Assembly (NCBI GenBank): GCA_950097015.1
Contig: CATNEN010000031.1
Span: 1,302,001-1,366,000 of the forward strand
Origin: Macrostomum hystrix
Taxonomy: Eukaryota > Animalia > Platyhelminthes
Direction: 5' to 3'
Length of the DNA stretch: 64,000 bases
The first letter of the stretch is position 1. Each line of letters begins with the position of its first letter. This document shows positions 41,891-54,468 of the stretch, in pieces. Made by a program: the position numbers and the translations under genes. Under the pieces are notes generated by a model that saw nothing but the letters and a program-made list of their open reading frames with translations, was not told where the DNA came from and did no database searches.

Positions 41891-42889
41891 AGTAGTCTAA
41901 TTATTGTTTGATGCAGATTTTAATAAGAATATTACTGCCTAAATCCATTTGTGCATCAAATTACATTTATGATTTGATATCATGTGACCCTAATACTGGG
42001 AATGCTATAAAACTGGTTCTCATAATTAACATATTCACGAAGCATTTTTCATAGGTATCATTTATTTTCTAAATAAGTTTTCTATACTATAAAGTATACA
42101 CTATTATTCAACTAGTGTACACTTACGCTGAATGTGTGTAACGGATCATAAATTTACTTTTTCTTTTCTTTTTTTGTGAGCGAGAAGGCGCTTAAAATTT
42201 ATGAAAACTTTAATGGATTCTTAATTATTAATAATAGGCCTAACTTTATTTATGTAAATAATAAACATGTTTTCTGACTTCTAAACAATCACGCAAAATT
42301 TACTAAACTTTTTATATATTCTTAGAACGTAAACAGTTAATATTATTATTTTATTTTTATTTTTTATAGATTGCTTTTATAAATAACAATACGTTTTTAC
42401 TTTCGTCATGTCAATTCGTATCTGTCTCATTTTATATGGAATGAAAAAAGCTTGATTTTTATGATTTAATGTAAAAATGTTGTCCTTTGAGATTCTTTTT
42501 AAACTGATCAATGTTATATTAACAATTATAGTTGTTAAAATATATTTATAGCTATAAATAACGGACTCTGAAATGAACCTACTTCAAAATCACGTTACTT
42601 TCCGGGCTTTTCATGATACTTTCATTAAATATCCATTGCCGAACGTGCTGCTTGCAATTTTTTTGTTAATTATACCTAGTACATAACTATATTATATTGA
42701 ACATCTTTTTTAAAAACTTACTTAACTTTAGTAGCGAAATACTATATTTAGACAATATTCTTTATCTAATATTCTTTATCTTTATATTCAATATTTTTAT
42801 CGGTCACTTAAGCGACTTTTTGTTAAAATTCTCGACATTTGCTTGCTATAACGTTGTAAACTACACATCTTTTCTTTTCAGAAACTAAA

Positions 42890-43145
42890 ATGGCTTCAGG
42901 GAGGCAGCCTCAGAAGCCTCGTGTACTCAGCAACAGATACAAAATACTAAAAAAGATTGGCAAAGGTGCATTCGGCGTAGCTTACCTAGTGGAAGACTTA
43001 AGAAGCGTCGAGAAGTACAAGGTATTGAAAGAGGTCCACATCGGAGAGTTGGACCCTGAGGAAACTGTGGAGGCCATCCACGAGGCCAAGCTGCTGAGCA
43101 AGCTCAGCCACTCAGCGATTCTGAAGTTCTTCAACTGCTTCGTTT
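42890..43145 (+). CDS. NEK11: NEK11 kinase, exon 1
   Basis: RYKILKKIGKGAFGVAYLV, KVLKEVHIGELDPEETVEA..EAKLLSKL match NEK11; donor T|GTGAGT. Confidence 0.88.
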
Positions 43146-43151
43146 GTGAGT

Positions 43152-43752
43152 GCTCTCCCATCCTCTCCCTCCCAATCCTCTCACTACCAATCCTCTCCCT
43201 ACCAATCCTCTCCCTACCAATCCTCTCCCTACCAATCCTCTCCCTACCAATCCTCTCCCTACCAATCCTCTCCCTACCAATCCTCTCTTTCCCCATCTTC
43301 TCCTTCCCAATCCTCTCTTTCCCAATCCTCTCCTTCCCAATCGTATCCTTCCCAATCCTCTCCTTCCCAATCGTCTCCTTCCAAATCCTCTCCCTACCAA
43401 TCATTTTCCTCCCTATCCTCTCCCTACCAATCCTCTCCTTCCCAATCATCTCCCTACCATTCCCCTCCCTACCAATCCTCTCCCTACCAACCCTCTCCTT
43501 CCCAATAATCTCCTTCCCAATAATCTCCCTACCATCCCCCTCCCTACCAATCCTATCCCTACCAATCCTCTCCCTACCAATCCTCTCCCTACCAATCCTC
43601 TCCCTACCAATCCTCTCCCTATCAATCCTCTCCCTACCAATCCTATCCCTACCAATCCTCTCCCTACCAATCCTCTCCCTACCAATCCTCTCCCTACCAA
43701 TCCTCTCCCTACCAATCCTCTCCCTACCAATCCTCTCCCTACCAATCCTCTC
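43152..43752. repeat. 15-bp intronic minisatellite (CCAATCCTCTCCCTA)n
   Basis: Direct tandem units in NEK11 intron 1. Confidence 0.96.
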
Positions 43753-43914
43753 CATCATCTTCTCTCATATCTGTTATCTTTCCAATCAACACATAATATA
43801 AATATTTCTCAGTCCATACTACCAAGGTAACTCAATTGAATTATATGTAAAAAAACTTGCTCAGCTTCAATATCATTAGCAACTCTGCAATTTTTCCTGT
43901 ACTGTCAACCACAG

Positions 43915-44238
43915 CTCTGCCGTCATTCTGCATGGTCACGGAGTATTGCGAAGAGGGCGACCTTGACCAGTGCATTCAGCGGCTTAAGAAGGCCGGCCTG
44001 CACCTGCCGGCGGCCACCGTGGAACGCTGGCTCATCCAGATCTTACTCGGTGTTGAGTACCTTCACGCCAAGCGCATCCTGCACAGGGACCTCAAGACTA
44101 AGAATGTCTTCTTGAAGAGCGGCATGGTGAAGATTGGCGACTTCGGCATCGCCAGGGTGCTCATGAACTCCGTTGACATGGCCACGACGTTTCTTGGAAC
44201 GCCCTACTTTATGAGTCCAGAGCTGCTCAAACACCAGG
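43915..44238 (+). CDS. NEK11: NEK11 exon 2
   Basis: FCMVTEYCE, ILHRDLKTKNVFL, IGDFG, GTPYFMSPE; splice phases 1/1 consistent. Confidence 0.92.
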
Positions 44239-44887
44239 GTGAGATCTTGGCTAGCAGCAATAGTCTACTTAATATGGCCATTATTACGTGTAATCAGTCT
44301 GTCGGAAGGAAAATTGACTGTCTGTTAAATCATTCTATTTACAGAAACGTGATTAAGGATTTCGACTAAATAAAACAAAATGGTATACGTGAAGTTATCC
44401 GAGTATTATTTTCTAATCTTCAGGAGCACTGCTCAAAATCATTACTAGTCCATGAACATTCTTATATGCACTTAACAGTATAGAAAGACAACGCTATTTT
44501 TCCCCTGGGGAAAGACCATGGGGATATTTCAAATGCCCACTGCCTAATTCACGACGGCTCCCTAACCGAATGACCGATTTTCGTAAAAGTCCACCATTTG
44601 GATTAAAACTTTCAGCCCTTTACGATCAACTAACTTTCAAAGCCGTCTGACCTCAGCATCACCCGACGAGAATCGTTAAATATCTCGACGATCCCGATGT
44701 TTTGTGATTCAGGAAGTTGTTTCATCGGATAGAGCGGAAAATTCTGGATTCTGGAGCGGCATGTTCTGGATTCTCATGACGATTGGTTGAATATTTTTTG
44801 AGTTACAGAAAAAGAAGAAAAATATGGATAATTCGTCAAATAAAAATGTTCAAAGTTCATTGAAATGTTGGTCAAACAATCCTGCAG

Positions 44888-45349
44888 GCTACAACGCCAA
44901 GAGCGACATCTGGAGTGTCGGCTGCATCCTGTACGAAATGTGCGCACAGGAGCACGCCTACAAGGGGCCCGGCCTGATGGCCATCCTGTTCAGCATCTGC
45001 GACGATCCGTGCCCTTCCCTGCCCGATCGCTACCCGCCGGAGCTGCAGCCCGTGCTGGCGCGCATGCTGGAGAAGGAGCCACAGAAGCGGTCCAGCGCCA
45101 GGGAGCTCCTGCGCGATCCTTACCTGCGCCGACGATCGAAACAGATTCGAGACGTGGCGGCGGCCGCTGAGGCCGGCTGTGGCGGCCTCGGAGCCGCGGG
45201 ACGGCGCCTGCTGGGCGAGGAGGCCGCTCAGAGCAGAGGCAGCGGCAGAGCGTTGCTTGCAGCTCTGGGGGCGGAGCAGGGGACAGATTTGAAGGAGGAG
45301 GAGGCAGACGACGCAGAGGAGTGCGACGACCTGGTGCCGTCCTCTCGAG
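44888..45349 (+). CDS. NEK11: NEK11 exon 3 (3' boundary approximate)
   Basis: GYNAKSDIWSVGCILYEMC...LPDRYP..L; acceptor CTGCAG|; the donor AG|GTCACA is weak. Confidence 0.8.
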
Positions 45350-45820
45350 GTCACAGGAGAGAAGGTTCGCTGAAGCTTTGCTCCATTCTCCGCCACTTTA
45401 ACCTTCCACACTCGTGACTCGGGTTACTCAAGTAGATGGATGTGGGCCACTATAAATAGGTGAAACTTTCTGTACGCCCGTTTTCGTCAAAATTTACTAG
45501 CGAGTTAGGATAATATCGATATGGTTCATGGCACGGTTCGATATAAGTCGACAGAAAATTTTTCAAATGGAGAGCATTGCAACACATTTACAAAACGCAA
45601 AATATCATAATTTCGCTAATTAATTTTGTAACGAAAAAAGCACACTACAAAAGTTTTCCAGGAAGCAGGAGTGTCCCGTCCTGCTTTAGCGCCGCTTAAG
45701 TGGTCTTTGCATCGCTCAACCACAATAATAAATAGTAAAAATTGCAGGAAGGCTGCGGGCAATGGCACATCATTTGGTGACACTAGACCCGCAGCAACGA
45801 GCAGGCAATTCTGCTCATTT

Positions 45821-45960
45821 CGCTGACTCTTGAGCACACACGCACACAGATACCATACGCAGGCACAGACACATCTGCCCTGACTTTCTCGTCGTCAGGC
45901 AGTGTACACTTCACTGTGCCTTTGAGGTTGGCCCTCAAGGGCGTAAATTGCACGACAAGC
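45821..45960 (-). mobile_element. SINE-like dispersed repeat, copy 2 (inverted)
   Basis: Reverse complement shares GCTTGTCGT.CAATTTACGCCCTTGAGGGCCAACCTC...GTGTACACTGCCTGACGA.GAGAAAGTCA with 38391-38530. Confidence 0.65.
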
Positions 45961-46162
45961 CCCCAAGCTTTCTCTCCGCGGCTGCGCCCCAATTTAATGT
46001 GGCCTCGCCGTGGAATCGAGCTCAGGGACCTTGGCGCGAGAGGCAAACGCTTTAGACCGCTCTGCCACTCAGCCCTTCACTCTTGACTTCTCATCCACCT
46101 CGGTCGTGACTCCTCACTCGCTGCACTCTCATCTTGCGATTCGCGACTCTCCCAAACCCCAG

Positions 46163-46623
46163 ATTCGAACCGGCGACCGCCCAGAGAGGCCGCCATGGCC
46201 AGCGCAGAACTGGCCGACACCTACTACCAGCCAGACTTTGACGATGAAGATGACGAACAGACGGCGACTCCTTCGGCGGCCGCAGCTTCCGACACGACGC
46301 TGCGCTTCGCCAACGAGCTGGAGGCGGCGCTGGCGCTGAGCGGCCGGCTGGCGCACACCTTCGAAGATGCGCCGGACGATGCCACCGAATCGCGCTTCGG
46401 CTTGGCCGGCCTCGACCATACTCTTCGCGACCTGCGCCGGCGTTGCGAGCGTCGGTCAGCCGAGAGCGATGGCGCCTTTGACTTTGCCGCCGTCTATCGC
46501 TACCTGATGGCTGCCGCCGATTTGATGCCGGCGCAGAAGGCAGCCGGATTGCGCAACATCACCACCGACGCCGAGGCTGTCGGCCTTGTTGAGCAGCTGG
46601 TCTTTCTTGAGTCCCGCCGTTGA
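46163..46623 (+). CDS. NEK11: NEK11 last exon (5' boundary approximate)
   Basis: TYYQPDFDDE and VYRYL...VEQLVFLE resemble the NEK11 C-terminus; acceptor CCCCAG| in phase 1. Confidence 0.72.
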
Positions 46624-46680
46624 GAATTAGATAAATCCTGGATTGTCGGCTGCGATTGTTATGGGATTTTTTCGTGTCAC

Positions 46681-47456
46681 CTGTGCATTATCAGTGTGTC
46701 TGTTCCCAGACCTGAGGATTATCAGTGTGTCTGTTCCCACACCTGAGGATTATAAGTGTGTCTGTTCCCAGACCTGAGGATTATCAGTGTGTCTGTTCCC
46801 ACACCTGAGGATTATCAGTGTGTCTGTTCCCACACCTGAGGACTATGAGTGTGTGATCGTACATTTGAGGATTATCAGTGTGTCTGTTCCTACACCTGAG
46901 GATTATCTGTGTGTCTGTTCCCACACCTGAGGACTATGAGTGTGTGATCGTACATTTGAGGATTATCAGTGTGTCTGTTCCTACACCTGAGGATTATCAG
47001 TGTGTCTGTTCCCACACCTGAGGACTATCAGTGTGTGATCATATATTTGAGGATTATCAGTGTGTCTGTTCCCACACCTGAGGACTATCAGTGTGTGATC
47101 GTACATTTGAGGATTATCAGTGTGTCTGTTCCTACACCTGAGGATTATCTGTGTGTCTGTTCCCACACCTGAGGACTATGAGTGTGTGATCGTACATTTG
47201 AGGATTATCAGTGTGTCTGTTCCTACACCTGAGGATTATCAGTGTGTCTGTTCCCACACCTGAGGACTATCAGTGTGTGATCATATATTTGAGGATTATC
47301 AGTGTGTCTGTTCCCACACCTGAGGACTATCAGTGTGTGATCATACATTTGAGGATTATCAGTGTGTCTGTTCCCACACCTGAGGACTATCAGTGTGTGA
47401 TCGTACATTTGAGGATTACCAGTGTCAGTTTCTCCACACACCTGAGGATTATCAGG
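46681..47456. repeat. Compound minisatellite (GAGGATTATCAGTGTGTCTGTTCCCACACCT / GAGGACTATCAGTGTGTGATCGTACATTT)n
   Basis: Direct tandem units with alternating higher-order structure. Confidence 0.94.
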
Positions 47457-47957
47457 GATAAACAGTATTGTTTAGCACACCGTTTTGACATATCACTAAG
47501 GGAAATTCGATGTGTTTAGGTTCAGTACAATCGATAAAGCTGTATTTTTAGTTGACCGATTTTTCATAAATGTTAGCAATTGTTTGTTTAGATGACAAGT
47601 AGAAACGTTAAGTTTGTAGTATAAGTGAATAGAGGAATATAAATTATTGCTTTACTCATTTCAACTCTTGTTATTCTCATATAATATACGAACTGCAACG
47701 GTGCCTGACAAATGTCCTTATAATTATTTAATTTTTCTAGCGTAGCCCCTAAATAACCCCAGCGACAGTAACCCATTGAACAGCGGGGTGAACTGAAGCA
47801 ATACACAGTTAAGATAACTAAAGGACACAACATTTCCTAATATTGTGTCCTGTAACTACAAATTTGTACAAAAAGTCATGCCTATGAATAGTCAGATGAC
47901 TGGCACTAGTGTTCAATTAAGTTTACGTCAATTAGGTCAATCAGCGACATTCCGCTA

Positions 47958-48257
47958 GGCCGAGTCGATTTTCTCTGACAGCGATTTGCTCTTTAGACGC
48001 AAAAACAGTGGGGAATGTAAAATGGGGAATTAATGTTTAAGGTGCAGTTATATTTCCGAATTAGACAAAACGTCAAAGATAACGTTTGAATTCTGACATA
48101 AAAAAGCAATCGAATATAAAGTATTGAAAAGGTATATTTGTAAAATAATATCCTAAATAAAAAACGGACAACTTTCAGAAAAATGAAACGTAAAACAATT
48201 AAGAAGAAAATAAACAAATAAGAGCATGCAGTGTGGCTTGTGATTGCAGTTGCAAGC
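47958..48257 (+). repeat. ~300-bp AT-rich direct repeat, copy 1
   Basis: Clearly aligns with 48987-49284, with scattered substitutions and indels. Confidence 0.9.
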
Positions 48258-48935
48258 TGTCTAACAGGTAGCTCTGCTGTCTAACATGTAGCTCTGCTGT
48301 CTAACATGCACATCTGCTGTCTAACAGGTAGCTCTGCTGTCTAACAGGTAGCTCTGTTGTATAACAGGTAGCTCAACTGTCGAACAGGTAACTCTGCTGT
48401 CTAACATGCACATCGGCTGTCTAACAGGTAGCTCTGATGTCTAACATGCAGCTCTGTTGTCTAACAGGTAGCTCTACTGTCGAACAGGTAGCTCTACTGT
48501 CTAACAGGCAGCTCTGCTGTCTAACAGGTAGCTCTGCTGTCTAACAGGTAGCTCTGCTGTCTAACAGGTAGCTCTACTGTCGAACAGGTAGCTCTACTGT
48601 CTAACAGGTAGCTCTACTGTCGAACAGGTAGCTCTGCTGTCTAACAGGTAGCTCTGCTGTCTAACAGGTAGCTCTGCTGTCTAACAGGTAGCTCCGCTGT
48701 CTAACAGATAGCTCTGCTGTCTAACAGGTAGCTCTGCTGTCTAACAGGTAGCTCTTCTGTCTAACAGATAGCTCCGCTGTCTAACAGATAGCTCTACTGT
48801 CTAACAGGTAGCTCTACTGTCTAACAGATAGCTCTGCTGTCTAACAGATAGCTCTGCTGTCTAACAGGTAGCTCTACTGTCTAACAGGTAGCTCTACTGT
48901 CTAACAGGTATCTCTGCTGTTAAACAGGTAGTTCT
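48258..48935. repeat. 20-bp minisatellite (CTGTCTAACAGGTAGCTCTG)n
   Basis: Direct tandem units. Confidence 0.96.
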
Positions 48936-48986
48936 AATAAATGAGTAAAATGTTTTAGAAAGAATCGAAAACAGGAAATTCCACTC

Positions 48987-49284
48987 GGCCGAGTCAATTT
49001 TCTCTGACAGCGATTTGCACTTTAGACGCAGCAACAGTGGGGAATGTAAAATGGGGAATTAATGTTTAAGGTGCAGTTATATTTCCGAATTAGACAAAAA
49101 GTCAAAGATAAGGTTTGACGTCGTACATAAAAAATCAATCGAATATAAAGTCCCGAAAAAGTATAATTGTAAAATAACCTGAATAAAAAAACGGACAACT
49201 TTCAGAAAAATGAAACGTAAAACAATTAAGAAGAAAATAAAAAAATAAGAGCATGCAGTGTAACTTGTGATTGCAGTTGCAAGC
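48987..49284 (+). repeat. ~300-bp AT-rich direct repeat, copy 2
   Basis: Aligns with 47958-48257. Confidence 0.9.
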
Positions 49285-49483
49285 ATTGCAGCTCACCCTA
49301 AGTAAATTACAGAACAAGAGCTTCTAGGTTTAAAAACTAATCAAAAATTTTTTTCGTTCAGAAATATTTTCCTTAGGTGCAAACACATGCGCAATAAATG
49401 TTTGACAGGTGACATTCACTGGCTAACAGGGGAAATCATCTGCCTAAACAGGTAAGAACCTTTATCTTACAGGTAGGAATAAC

Positions 49484-49840
49484 AGGCTAACAGGTGAGAA
49501 TCTCTTTAACAAACAAGAATCTCATTTAACAGGTGAGAATCACTGACTAACAGGTGAGAATCACTGTCTAGCAGATAAGAATCACTGACTAAAAGGTGAG
49601 AATCACTGTCTAGCAGATAAGAATCACTGACTAACAGGTGAGAATCAATGTCTAGCAGATAAGAATCACTGTCTAGCAGATAAGAATAACTGTCTAACAG
49701 ATAAGAATCACTGACTAACAGGTGAGAATCACTGTCTAGCAGATAAGAATCACTGACTAACAGGTGAGAATCACTGTCTAGCAGATAAGAATCACTGTCT
49801 AGCAGATAAGAATCCCTGTCTAACAGGTGAGAATCACTAA
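49484..49840. repeat. 21-bp minisatellite (GAATCACTG[T/A]CTA[G/A]CAG[ATAA/GTGA])n
   Basis: Direct tandem units. Confidence 0.92.
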
Positions 49841-50605
49841 TCCTCACCTGTTTGGATTAGGAGGAAAAATGATAATCTTTTCCGTATAAATGATTATAAA
49901 TTAACTTTGTTTGACGCTCGAAAAATCATTTCGAAAGCTCTGAACTATATATTAAAATAAAATTAATACTATAATAGAAAAAGTTACAGTTGCACAGGTT
50001 AACGAGTCGTCGAAGCATATTTAAGGTGCGCTTACGTAAAAAAATTATCTGTGGAAAATAAAATGAAAGATTTAAGATATTATGTAAATCAGTTTATCAC
50101 AACAAAAACTTTTGGGAGAACCTTTTCGTATGGCCAGGAATAAACATACAAAAAATAATACTTAGAATGTGTGTAACAAATTAAGAAAACTTTAGATATT
50201 GTTATAATAAATACTAGCCAACAGCTTTTCTAGAATTAAGCTAAAGACAAATTAGTGCAAGTGACCGGATTAGTGCAAGCAGAATGTTACTCGCTGGAAT
50301 ATTCTTCTGGCGAAACTAGCGAATAGATAATAGTTGTTTAACTATGCACTTATTATTTGCAATGCCAAACAGAATGGATACTGGCCAATCAGTCGTGTCT
50401 TTAAAGTACTACTAGAGCACTAAAGTACAAATCAACACAAAGTACTTCATTTAGCTGTGCAACAAGGACTGCGACAAATACTAATCCAATAGAAAACAAT
50501 ATTTATTACAAGATGCTTGCTTCGGTGCATCAGACTAGTGATCGAATTGATCCGTCTGACAGTTTGTTCAATCCGAGTGCTGATAGATTAACCAAATTGA
50601 TCCAT

Positions 50606-51141
50606 TAGTTATTTTGATTGATCAAACTGATACATTAGTTCTTTTGATTGATCAAACTGATACATTAGTTCTTTTGATTGATCAAACTGATACATTAGTT
50701 CTTTTGATTGATCAAACTGATACATTAGTTCTTTTGATTGATCAAACTGATACATTAGTTCTTTTGATTGATCAAACTGATACATTAGTTCTTTTGATTG
50801 ATCAAACTGATACATTAGTTCTTTTGATTGATCAAACTGATACATTAGTTCTTTTGATTGATCAAACTGATACATTAGTTCTTTTGATTGATCAAACTGA
50901 TACATTAGTTCTTTTGATTGATCAAACTGATACATTAGTTCTTTTGATTGATCAAACTGATACATTAGTTCTTTTGATTGATCAAACTGATACATTAGTT
51001 CTTTTGATTGATCAAACTGATCCATTAGTTCTTTTGATTGATCAAACTGATACATTAGTTCTTTTGATTGATCAAACTGATACATTAGTTCTTTTGATTG
51101 ATCAAACTGATACATTAGTTCTTTTGATTGATCAAATTGAT
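50606..51141. repeat. 30-bp highly homogeneous minisatellite (TAGTTCTTTTGATTGATCAAACTGATACAT)n
   Basis: About 17 almost invariant units. Confidence 0.97.
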
Positions 51142-51548
51142 CATCAGTCTGACAGTTTGTTGAATCGGAGTGCTGATAGATTGATCGATCGAAGAGACAA
51201 TATAGTGTTTTTTGCACGAACAAAATGTTGCCAAGAAAGAAAAAAATAATTTTGAAGAATTACAATGCACTACATTAACGATTAAGAAAAAATGCAAGAG
51301 CAAAAATAAAAAATGTAAAGAGTTTGCAGCAAGTTGACAGCATAAACAATGTGAGAATTGCAAATATTTTTCGCTGACTAAAAATAACAGATGTCTTGGA
51401 TATGCCTAGCAAGCACTGTGTAAAACATCGACAAATAAAGAAAACTAAAGTCATAAGAATATGAATAGGCAGATAAATAATATCATAGTGTATTTAGCAC
51501 TTTCCTAAAGGATAATTGTAGATTCTACGCAATGAGAAATCAGCAGCA

Positions 51549-52241
51549 TCAGCACCTGGTGGTGGCGCACGGTGCACCGCCGGTGCCTCTGCCGCAGCTG
51601 GCAGCACCGCAGTCGCCGCTAATTGTCGCTCCGCTGTCCTCCTCCTCCTCGGAGGAGTTTACTGCGACTAATCCGAATGACGAACAAGCTGCAGGTCCGC
51701 CAGTCTCCGCTCTCACAGCCGCGGCGACGGAAAATGCACCCACTCGCCTGGGACTCGCACTCTTTGTGCGCCTCTGCGGCGGAGCGGTGGCGGCTGCGCT
51801 AAACCGATCGTGACCGCCGCCGCCGCCTCCGCTGCGATGCCGCCAACTCGGCCGGCTGGCTGCCGTTGCAGCCGAAGCACTCCGACTCCGAGTTCGGCGA
51901 CTCTCGCCGCCGCCTCCGCTTTGCATAAGGAAAGACAGGCTAGCAGTTGACAGGGCCTGGGAGGCGCCGGCTGTGGGCGGCGGTCCGGGGAACGTGCGAG
52001 GCGGCGCGCGCAGCGGCAGCCGATGCGGGTCGGCGCCGTTACCAACGCGGGCGACGCCGGCGCCGGCGCCGACTGCGTCATCCTCAGCAACGGCGACTAG
52101 CTCGACATCGCGGCCGCCTGGATGCAGTTTCTTCTGACGCGCCGATGCCCGCGGCTGTCCACAAGATGGTAGAAGCCAGCCAGAGGAGGTCGCGGAGGCT
52201 GTTGATTTAGTCCACGATGCTGAGGCCTGACATCGCAGCGC
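51549..52241 (-). CDS. ATP10: ATP10-type P4-ATPase, last coding exon (disordered C-tail)
   Basis: Acceptor ATCCAG|GCG in phase 0 continues the frame of the upstream exon to the stop at 51549. Confidence 0.65.
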   Translation of the reverse strand, partial: ALRCQASASWTKSTASATSSGWLLPSCGQPRASARQKKLHPGGRDVELVAVAEDDAVGAGAGVARVGNGADPHRLPLRAPPRTFPGPPPTAGASQALSTASLSFLMQSGGGGESRRTRSRSASAATAASRPSWRHRSGGGGGGHDRFSAAATAPPQRRTKSASPRRVGAFSVAAAVRAETGGPAACSSFGLVAVNSSEEEEDSGATISGDCGAASCGRGTGGAPCATTRC

Positions 52242-52469
52242 CTGGATTTTTTTTGCGAAGAATAACGTGCATTGTGCTGAGCGAGTCAGAATGAGTTCCA
52301 CATCACATTCCTCAAACATGATTTTCACATTCCCTAATCAAGAAATACACATTTTCAAAACATAAATTTCACATTCCTCAACCGTTTTTAATTCAAATGC
52401 TTTGGGGGACACCAGCTTCAACAATCTACTCCAATCCCAAACAGAACAATCCCAATTCCGAGTTCCCAC

Positions 52470-52684
52470 CTGGGCGGTCAGGTTGGATTGAGTCGTATTG
52501 CAGTAGGCCCGCACGCACAGCCGAGGCGTCAGAGCCAGCACCGGGGCCAGCAGCTGGGGCAGCCAGAAGCGGGCGGTTGTTAGGCCGTGAATGATTACGT
52601 AATATGGGTTATCCGGGTGCAGGCAGTTGGTGCAGACCAGGTTCAGCACAATGGCGAAGGCGAACCAGGCGATTAGCGGACTGC
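52470..52684 (-). CDS. ATP10: ATP10-type P4-ATPase exon (TM9-10)
   Basis: VLNLVCTNCLHPDNPYYV...FWLPQLLAPVLALTPR resembles the ATP10 C..C.PPSNPY motif; consistent splice phases. Confidence 0.8.
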
Positions 52685-52814
52685 CTGCAATGGATTCCGA
52701 GGATGCGATGGGGTGAGTTATTCTGTATTCGTTGTCAAATTTCTAAACTATGGGAAAATTTTGACAAGGCTGCTAAAGGCTCTCAATATACCTAAATTTA
52801 CTTCAATAAATTGC

Positions 52815-53390
52815 ATACATCAGATCTGATGAGATTCGGATATCAGATCAGAATCTCATTAGATCTCCGAATCCCATCAGATCTCCGAATCCCATCACAT
52901 CTCCGAATCTCATCAGATCTCCGAATCCCATCAGATCTCCGAATCCCATCACATCTCCGAATCTCGTCACATCTCCGAATCCCATCACATCTCCGAATCC
53001 CATCACATCTCCGAATCCCATCACATCTCCGAATCCCATCACATCTCCGAATCCCATCACATCTCCGAATCTCATCAGATCTCCGAATCTCATCACATCT
53101 CCGAATCCCATCACATCTCCGAATCTCATCAGATCTCCGAATCTCATCAGATCTCCGAAACTCATCAGATTTCCGAATCCCATCACATCTCCGAATCCCA
53201 TCACATCTCCGAATCTCATCAGATCTCCGAATCTCATCAGATCTCCGAATCTCATCAGATCTCCGAATCCCATCAGATCTCCGAATCCCATCACATCTCC
53301 GAATCCCATCAGATCTCCGAATTTCATCAGATCTCCGAATCTCATCAGATCTTCGAATCTCATCACATCTTCGAATCTCATCGGATTTGA
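52815..53390. repeat. 18-bp intronic minisatellite (ATCTCCGAATC[C/T]CATCA[C/G])n
   Basis: Direct tandem units. Confidence 0.95.
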
Positions 53391-53418
53391 GTCTCCTATA
53401 TTCGAATGCTGCACTCAC

Positions 53419-53779
53419 CAAGCAGAGCGAACCAGTGCAGTCCGGTCCAACCGCGCACCTCCAGCGCATTGTGCGCCACAGCCGTGATGACGCCGGCGCT
53501 GACCACGGTGTCGCCGAAGCTCCAGATGTCGCAGTCGGTGTCCAATGCGCCAAGGTAGGCAACGAAGAAGACCACAAGAGACTGCCAGACCGCGTCTAGA
53601 ATGTTCAGCCAGAAGTGCCACGGCAGGTAGCTGCGGCAGTTCTGGGCGTCCATGTACAGCACCGGATTGGCTAGCAGAATCTCGGCGCTGAGGTGCCTGT
53701 CCAGTATGCCGATCACCAGCGGGCCCAGCGAGGTCATGGTCAGGTTGAAGCAGATCTGGTACACCTGGCCGATGTTTAC
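53419..53779 (-). CDS. ATP10: ATP10-type P4-ATPase exon (TM6-8)
   Basis: ICFNLTMTSLGPLVIGILD, FWLNILDAVWQSLVVFF; acceptor TTTAG|GTA, donor G|GTGAGT. Confidence 0.87.
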
Positions 53780-53827
53780 CTAAATGCCAGGAGTAGGGCG
53801 GTTTACCTTTCTAAAAATCACTGACAT

Positions 53828-54432
53828 TGACTGGTCTAGCTGGTACAGAGAATGGTCTAGCTGGTACAGAGACTGGTCTAGCTGGAACAGAGAATGGTCT
53901 AGCTGGTACAGAGACTGGTCTAGCTGGTACAGAGACTGGTCTAGCTGGTACAGAGACTGGTCTAGCTGGTACAGAGAATGGTCTAGCTGGTACAGAGACT
54001 GGTCTAGCTGGTACATGCAGAGACTGGTCTAGCTGGTACAGAGACTGGTCTAGCTGGAACAGAGACTGGTCTAGCTGGTACAGAGAATGGTCTAGCTGGT
54101 ACAGAGACTGGTCTAGCAGGTACAGAGACTGGTCTAGCTGGTACAGAGACTGGTCTAGCTGGTACAGAGACTGGTCTAGCTGGTACAGAGAATGGTCTAG
54201 CTGGTACAGAGACTGGTCTAGCTGGTACAGAGACTGGTCTAGCTGGTACAGAGAATGGTCTAGCTGGTACAGAGACTGGTCTAGCTGGTACAGAGAATGG
54301 TCTAGCTGTTACAGAGACTGGTCTAGCAGGTACAGAGACTGGTCTAGCTGGTACAGAGACTGGTCTAGCTGGTACAGAGACTGGTCTAGCTGGTACAGAG
54401 AATGGTCTAGCTGGTACAGAGACTGGTCTAGC
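53828..54432. repeat. 21-bp intronic minisatellite (CTGGTCTAGCTGGTACAGAGA)n
   Basis: Direct tandem units. Confidence 0.96.
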
Positions 54433-54468
54433 TAATACTGACAGACTCATGCAGGTGAAGTAGCTCAC

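Noticed and set aside
39950-42880. AT-rich ORFs (40098-41316, 42697-42888)
   Set aside because: Composition is typical of non-coding AT-rich DNA (F/I/L/Y-rich), with non-canonical starts
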